Assembly (NCBI GenBank): GCA_034408725.1
Contig: JAWXCN010000225.1
Span: 1-12,676 of the forward strand
Length of the DNA stretch: 12,676 nucleotides
Origin: Candidatus Hydrogenedentota bacterium
Lineage (GTDB): Bacteria; Hydrogenedentota; Hydrogenedentia; Hydrogenedentales; SLHB01
Reading direction: 5' to 3'
Shown: positions 8,399 through 12,676 of the stretch, in pieces
How the letters are laid out: every line of letters starts with the position of its first letter
How positions within the stretch are numbered: position 1 is the first letter of the stretch
Notes under the pieces: model-generated
Told to the model about the DNA's origin: nothing
What the model saw: the letters and a program-made list of their open reading frames with translations, nothing else
Database searches by the model: none
Translations under genes and position numbers: made by a program

Positions 8399-8644
8399 TC
8401 AAAGCGCGGTCTGCGTCTCGTCACGCCGCACCTCTAAAGTTGAGACATATACTTCAGACCGTTGGCGGTTTACTATTTCGCTTTCGGACGCGGTTTCGAG
8501 AAAAAGTTCCATTGCTTCAGCGAGCATTTGCCGAGCCTCTTCGACGGTACCGCCTTGGCTGGCAATATCGTACTCGGGACATAGCGCGACATAACCATCG
8601 TCTTCGCGCTCGATTATTACTGTGAGCCGTTGCAACGCCGACAT
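8399..8644 (-). CDS. hicB: HicB-family (UPF0150-like) antitoxin, orphan
   Basis: Motif LTVIIEREDDGYVALCPEYDIASQGGTVEEARQMLAEAMELFLE. GAGAGGA RBS. No hicA in the window. Confidence 0.85.
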   Translation of the reverse strand: MSALQRLTVIIEREDDGYVALCPEYDIASQGGTVEEARQMLAEAMELFLETASESEIVNRQRSEVYVSTLEVRRDETQTAL

Positions 8645-8707
8645 TGGGAATCCTCTCGATTTGTGCCGTAGCGATTTTGAAGTGTTGGCTTTGCATATTC
8701 AACAAAC

Positions 8708-8739
8708 AAAAAAGGCGGACCCCATGGCGCAGGTCCGCC
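8708..8739 (-). terminator. Rho-independent terminator, copy B
   Basis: Stem GGCGGACC (8714-8721) / GGTCCGCC (8732-8739), 10-nt loop, and an A-run on the plus strand that gives a U-tract on the minus strand. Lies just after the 8760 stop. Confidence 0.8.
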
Positions 8740-8759
8740 CCGACAGGTTGTTCGCTATA

Positions 8760-8910
8760 TCAGCAGGGCAATTCCCAGCCCTTCCTGTATTCCTTGCTCA
8801 CGATTTCCTTCGCGTTACGGACATTCGTGACTTCACCCTTGACATTGTCCCATCGCAGCTTTTTGCCGGACTTCACGACAAGGTTTCCAAACTGCACCAT
8901 TTCCGTGAAC
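8760..8910. repeat. Direct repeat of the Gfo 3' end (copy B of 9848-9998)
   Basis: 151-nt ungapped alignment with 141 identities. All 10 differences are synonymous. Confidence 0.95.
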
Positions 8911-9044
8911 CTTCCCGCGCGCGCGTCCTCTTGCATTTCGCGGTCCCAATGGTCGGTCGGCCATTTCTGGAGCCACGCATTCAGTTCGCAACTCTCCCGC
9001 TCGGATAGCGCTTCAATAGCTAGCTTTATATCGTTCAAGCTCAT
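8760..9044 (-). pseudogene. In-frame chimera of the N-terminal 46 aa of an antitoxin paralog and the C-terminal 49 aa of the Gfo/Idh/MocA oxidoreductase (junction Phe shared)
   Basis: Residues 1-46 match the 8149-8349 antitoxin at 39/46 positions. The last 49 aa (FTEMVQ...GWELPC) are identical to the end of the 9848-11254 protein. Whether it is functional is unknown. Confidence 0.85.
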
Positions 9045-9059
9045 TATTGGCTTTCTTGA

Positions 9060-9656
9060 TTATTTTGGAATATCCACGGATTCCACAAGTCTTAGAATAT
9101 CAGGATTTGGTTCCTGTAGTTCTAGCGGTACATCATCACCGGGACTAATCGACGCGTCGAGCAGATCAAGCTGCTTTCCCTTACATGGTCCATTCTGAAT
9201 TTCGCCGATGACATAGACCACTGACCAACTTATTGAATGCGCCCCATGTCTAATTAGCTTCACTACCCTAAATTTTGTTCCCTTGGCTACAATTCCTTTG
9301 ATATTCGGCCATTTACGAGGCTCCTCATGGTACATTTCAAGTGTTTGGGGCACCGTAAAATGTCCCCCAGGCGGTGTGTATTGTTCCGGCGGCTCAAGGA
9401 AAAGCTGCTTCCTTCTCCAATCACTACCCTCATAAATAAAGCTATCCACCTGCAACTCATAGTCGGCGCCTACTTTATACCCACCCGCGTATGCAGCTTT
9501 CCCCGTTACATCTTCGGTGTATTCCCCGATAAGAAGAGACAGTACAAATCCGTTGGTGACGCATCCAGAGACCAAACCGTAGATGCACACTACAAGTGCT
9601 TTTGTACATATTCTAGCGAGCGTATACTTTGGAATAAATGCACATTTCGTTGACAT
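9060..9656 (-). CDS. Hypothetical AT-rich protein, probable lipoprotein
   Basis: 198-aa ORF with GAAGGA RBS, a hydrophobic stretch and lipobox-like LVSG-C (Cys32). GC is visibly lower: 21/60 at 9601-9660 versus 35/60 at 10681-10740. Confidence 0.7.
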   Translation of the reverse strand: MSTKCAFIPKYTLARICTKALVVCIYGLVSGCVTNGFVLSLLIGEYTEDVTGKAAYAGGYKVGADYELQVDSFIYEGSDWRRKQLFLEPPEQYTPPGGHFTVPQTLEMYHEEPRKWPNIKGIVAKGTKFRVVKLIRHGAHSISWSVVYVIGEIQNGPCKGKQLDLLDASISPGDDVPLELQEPNPDILRLVESVDIPK

Positions 9657-9749
9657 TGGTGTTCCTTCAGTATACTTCTGCTTTCCAATGAATAGCCGTT
9701 CACAAGTTTCGGGTTCACACAGGCTGACCCCGAGCTTCCTCCTTAATTG

Positions 9750-9778
9750 ATTCTAGTGTCCGCTAACAATCGCCGCAA
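9750..9778 (-). promoter_or_regulatory. Putative sigma70 promoter for the cargo gene
   Basis: Minus strand reads TTGCGG (9778-9773), 17 nt, TAGAAT (9755-9750), immediately downstream of terminator A. Confidence 0.5.
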
Positions 9779-9797
9779 TACGAGAGGAAACCATAAG

Positions 9798-9832
9798 AAA
9801 AAAAGGCGGGCCCTACAGCGCCGGCCCGCCTT
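9798..9832 (-). terminator. Rho-independent terminator, copy A
   Basis: Stem AAGGCGGGCC (9803-9812) / GGCCCGCCTT (9823-9832), 10-nt loop, and an A7 run (U-tract on the minus strand) after the Gfo stop. Confidence 0.85.
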
Positions 9833-9847
9833 ATCAAATTGCTTGAC

Positions 9848-9998
9848 TCAGCAGGGCAATTCCCAGCCCTTCCTGTATTCCTTGCTCACGATTTCCTTCG
9901 CGTTCCGGACGTTGGTGACTTCGCCTTTGACGTTGTCCCAGCGCAGTTTTTTGCCGGACTTCACGACGAGGTTGCCAAACTGCACCATTTCCGTGAAC
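9848..9998. repeat. Direct repeat of the Gfo 3' end (copy A, within the intact gene)
   Basis: Matches 8760-8910 at an offset of 1088 nt. Confidence 0.95.
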
Positions 9999-11254
9999 GG
10001 TCCCGCGTAGTCGAAATTCGAGCAAGCGACACCGTTGCCCTTGCATGCTTGCAGGAAGTTGGCGAAGTGGTCTTCGCCCGGAATGCGCGGAATCGAAGGC
10101 GTAGGCTTCGTGTAGCTCGCCATCTTTTCGTCCGGCACAAGACGCGGGTTGCCGCCGTATTCACCCTGCGTGACGATGCCGCTCTCTCCTATGAGGAACG
10201 ATCCATTCATGTTGTTGTCGCCGAGCACGCACGTATCGGGAATACCGGCAGGCCGCTTCGGACGATTGTAGATTTTCTCACCCGGATTCTTCGGGTCCGG
10301 CCAATGTCCGTCGTACCAGTACACATCCACTTCCGGCATGCCGCCGCCTTCCGCGAAGTGATACTTGATGGTCGAGGTCAGTGGGAAGGTCTGCTTGTTG
10401 ACGCCTTCCTGCATGACCACTTCGACGGTGAACCAGGGGCGTTCGTTGAGTTTCAGGCACATATACACCGGGTCCATGATGTGACAAGCCATATCACCGA
10501 GCGAACCGGCGCCGAAATCCTGCCATGCGCGCCAATCGTGCGGGGCGTAGGCCTTATTGAACGGTCGCCACGGCGCCGGGCCGAGCCAGCGATCCCAGTC
10601 CAGACCATCCGGGGGTGTTTGCGGCTCGAAGGGTTCCGCGCGGCCCTGATTCTTCCACACGGGGCGGTGCGTCCAGACGTGGGCTTCCTGCACGTCGCCA
10701 ATTGCGTTGCCCCAGATCATTTCGCAAAGTTCACGGCACCCGTTGTCCGAGTGGCCCTGATTTCCCATTTGCGTGGCCACGCCCATTTCGCGCGCGGTCA
10801 GTGTGAGCAGGCGCGCTTCTGCCACGGTGTGCGTAAGAGGCTTCTGCACGTAGACGTGCTTGCCCATTTTCATGGCCATGTACGCAGCCGGGGCGTGCAT
10901 GTGATCCGGTGTCGACACGTTGACGGCGTCGATTTCCGGGTGTTTTTCGAGCATGTTACGAAAGTCTTTGTATTTCGCCACATTTGGGTTCAATCCGAAC
11001 ACCTGCGCGGCACGGTCCCAGTCGACGTCGCACAATGCGACGACATTCTCGCCCAGGTTCTGAAAACCGGTGATGTCCCCCGCGCCTTTCCCGCCGGCGC
11101 CAATTGCGGCTACGTTCAGTTTTTCGTTCGGAGAAACTTTCCGCGGAACAACTTTCGCCGAATTCGGCGCGGCCGCCGCTCCGGTGAACGTCATCACCGC
11201 CGTAGTGGTCGTCGCCGCGAGAAACGCGCGGCGGCTCAACGACATCTCACTCAT
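9848..11254 (-). CDS. Gfo/Idh/MocA family oxidoreductase with Tat signal
   Basis: SRRAFLA twin-arginine motif, plus IGAGGKG, VALCDVD, STPDHMH, GKHVYVQKPL, TQMGNQG, WLGPAP and GSLGDMACH. Confidence 0.95.
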   Translation of the reverse strand: MSEMSLSRRAFLAATTTTAVMTFTGAAAAPNSAKVVPRKVSPNEKLNVAAIGAGGKGAGDITGFQNLGENVVALCDVDWDRAAQVFGLNPNVAKYKDFRNMLEKHPEIDAVNVSTPDHMHAPAAYMAMKMGKHVYVQKPLTHTVAEARLLTLTAREMGVATQMGNQGHSDNGCRELCEMIWGNAIGDVQEAHVWTHRPVWKNQGRAEPFEPQTPPDGLDWDRWLGPAPWRPFNKAYAPHDWRAWQDFGAGSLGDMACHIMDPVYMCLKLNERPWFTVEVVMQEGVNKQTFPLTSTIKYHFAEGGGMPEVDVYWYDGHWPDPKNPGEKIYNRPKRPAGIPDTCVLGDNNMNGSFLIGESGIVTQGEYGGNPRLVPDEKMASYTKPTPSIPRIPGEDHFANFLQACKGNGVACSNFDYAGPFTEMVQFGNLVVKSGKKLRWDNVKGEVTNVRNAKEIVSKEYRKGWELPC

Positions 11255-11397
11255 GAATGAACTCCCTTCCAGACCTCGATACTACGCACGGCAGCGAAGC
11301 CCCCGTGCAGCCCCGTTTTTCCCCGCCCAAGCGGAGAAATAAAACTATACTCCCGCGCGGGCTTTCCGTCCAATCGCCGCGTTCAATCCGTTCAAGA

Positions 11398-11536
11398 TTT
11401 GGACCGCGGTGGCGAAGCGGGTAGCGTAGACACCGCTTTGGCTGTTTAGGGGAGAGGGCGTCGTGCGCACAGGTAGGGGGTAGACCAACTGGGATAAACA
11501 GCCAAAGCGGCGCCTTTGGGGCCGCCGCAGTCCAAA
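11398..11536. repeat. Inverted REP-like doublet (TTTGGA.YGCGG...CCGCTTTGG type)
   Basis: Left arm is TTTGGACCGCGGTGGC..N..CACCGCTTTGGCTGTTTA. The right arm's reverse complement is TTTGGACTGCGGCGGC..N..CGCCGCTTTGGCTGTTTA. A perfect 16-bp IR lies at 11433-11448 and 11495-11510. Confidence 0.75.
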
Positions 11537-11667
11537 TAGGCTTGCTCTCGTAACGAAGCATTTACACCGAGCGCGTCCGGACCGCGATGGAGAACTGATT
11601 GCGCAAGTTCTTCACGTCACGTATTGTGAATGCGGAAAATGAGCACTACTTTCGGAGGTCTACTGCA

Positions 11668-12627
11668 ATGCTGCTCAGACGGCGTGAATTTCTAAAGTTG
11701 TCCGCGGCAGCCGCCGCGATCGCCGCCATGCCCATCCCCGCCACCGCCAAGGTTGTCAACGGCATTCCTTACCGCCGGCTGGGCAAGATTGGCATCGAAG
11801 TTTCCTTGTTGGGTATCGGCGGTGCGCATGTCGGCGGTGAAGCCCTGCCGGAAGCCGAAGCGATCAAGATCATGCGGACCGCGGTGGACGAGGGCATCAA
11901 CTTTTTCGACAATGCCTGGGAGTACCAGGCCGGCCGCAGCGAAGAGCGCATGGGCAAGGCGATGAAGGATGGGTACCGCGACAAAGTCTTTCTGATGACC
12001 AAAGTCCTCGGACGAAGCACGGAAAACGCCGAAAAGCAGTTGGAAGCGAGTTTGCGCCGCATGCAGGTCGATGTTATCGATCTATGGCAAATCCATTCCG
12101 TCGGCACGTTTGATCCCGATGACAAGGGCAAGGTGTACACGAAAGGCGTGCTCGATGTCGCGCTTAAAGCCAAAGAGCAAGGCAAGATCAAGCACATCGG
12201 GTTTACGGGTCACGTCGATCCCGAGGTACACCTGGCCGTGCTTGATGGCGGGTTCGATTGGGAAACCATTCAAATGCCGATCAACTGCCTGGATCCGCAC
12301 CGGAAAAGTTTCATCAAAAACGTGATTCCGAAAGCGCAGGAATACGATCTGGGAATCATCGCAATGAAGACGCTTGCCGGCGGGGGCGTGCTCGAGACCA
12401 AGGCCATCAACCCGGAAGACGCGTTGCGCTTTGCGATGAGCATGCCGGTATCCGTAGTCGTATCGGGCATGGATACATTCGAAAAATTCCAGCGGAATCT
12501 CGCCGTCGCACGCTCGTTCCAGCAGATGGATCCGGGGGCGGTGGCCGCGCTGTTGGACCACACGAAAAGTTTTGGCGAACAGTCCCAGTTTGAGAACTAC
12601 AAGCGAAAGGACAAGCCCGTCGCGTAA
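11668..12627 (+). CDS. Aldo/keto reductase with Tat signal
   Basis: GGAGG RBS and ATG at 11668. RRREFLK motif, plus YRRLGKIG, GINFFDNAWEY, FLMTK, IDLWQIH, GKIKHIGFTGH and IIAMKTL. Confidence 0.93.
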   Translation: MLLRRREFLKLSAAAAAIAAMPIPATAKVVNGIPYRRLGKIGIEVSLLGIGGAHVGGEALPEAEAIKIMRTAVDEGINFFDNAWEYQAGRSEERMGKAMKDGYRDKVFLMTKVLGRSTENAEKQLEASLRRMQVDVIDLWQIHSVGTFDPDDKGKVYTKGVLDVALKAKEQGKIKHIGFTGHVDPEVHLAVLDGGFDWETIQMPINCLDPHRKSFIKNVIPKAQEYDLGIIAMKTLAGGGVLETKAINPEDALRFAMSMPVSVVVSGMDTFEKFQRNLAVARSFQQMDPGAVAALLDHTKSFGEQSQFENYKRKDKPVA

Positions 12628-12676
12628 CGTGTTTCCTCAATCTCCGTTGCGATGACCGTCCAGCGCGCGCTGGACG

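Noticed and set aside
7898-9750. Integron cassette array
   Set aside because: The content (TA pair, small foreign ORFs) is cassette-like, but I found no convincing attC sites (RYYYAAC...GTTRRRY) at gene ends and no intI.
8760-9998. Diversity-generating retroelement TR/VR pair
   Set aside because: The differences are not adenine-specific on either strand and are all synonymous. No reverse transcriptase is in the window.
8911-9998. Classical integrase-driven island with attL/attR in the Gfo 3' end
   Set aside because: No recombinase is present. Homology extends to the terminator and a second gene (the antitoxin), which a simple att duplication does not explain. A trans-acting integrase cannot be fully excluded.
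9839-11260. 473-aa plus-strand ORF
   Set aside because: Antisense shadow of the Gfo gene, as expected in GC-rich DNA, with no family motifs.
11247-11561. 104-aa minus-strand ORF upstream of Gfo
   Set aside because: It runs through the REP-like doublet and has no recognisable motifs or RBS.

Overview
GC-rich bacterial window of mostly ordinary metabolic genes: a partial PQQ/cytochrome c dehydrogenase, a YhcG/DUF1016 nuclease, a GNAT, a phytanoyl-CoA dioxygenase-family enzyme, a two-domain secreted alpha/beta-hydrolase, a Qor-type oxidoreductase, and Tat-signal Gfo/Idh/MocA and aldo/keto reductases. Three different REP-like inverted doublets lie between genes. The notable region is about 7.9-10.0 kb on the minus strand, where the 3' end of the Gfo gene anchors two tandem modules of the form [Gfo 3' end]-[terminator]-[variable cargo]-[antitoxin]. 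Module 1 carries an AT-rich lipoprotein and a truncated antitoxin. Module 2 carries an orphan hicB and an intact antitoxin/ParE-like toxin pair. The two 151-nt Gfo tails differ at 10 sites, all synonymous, and the two terminators show a compensatory stem change. The modules are joined in frame at a microhomology, giving an antitoxin::Gfo-tail chimeric ORF. This looks like an integrase-free cassette-capture event between diverged alleles of one locus, although an assembly chimera is not excluded. Family assignments come from motif recognition, not database searches.
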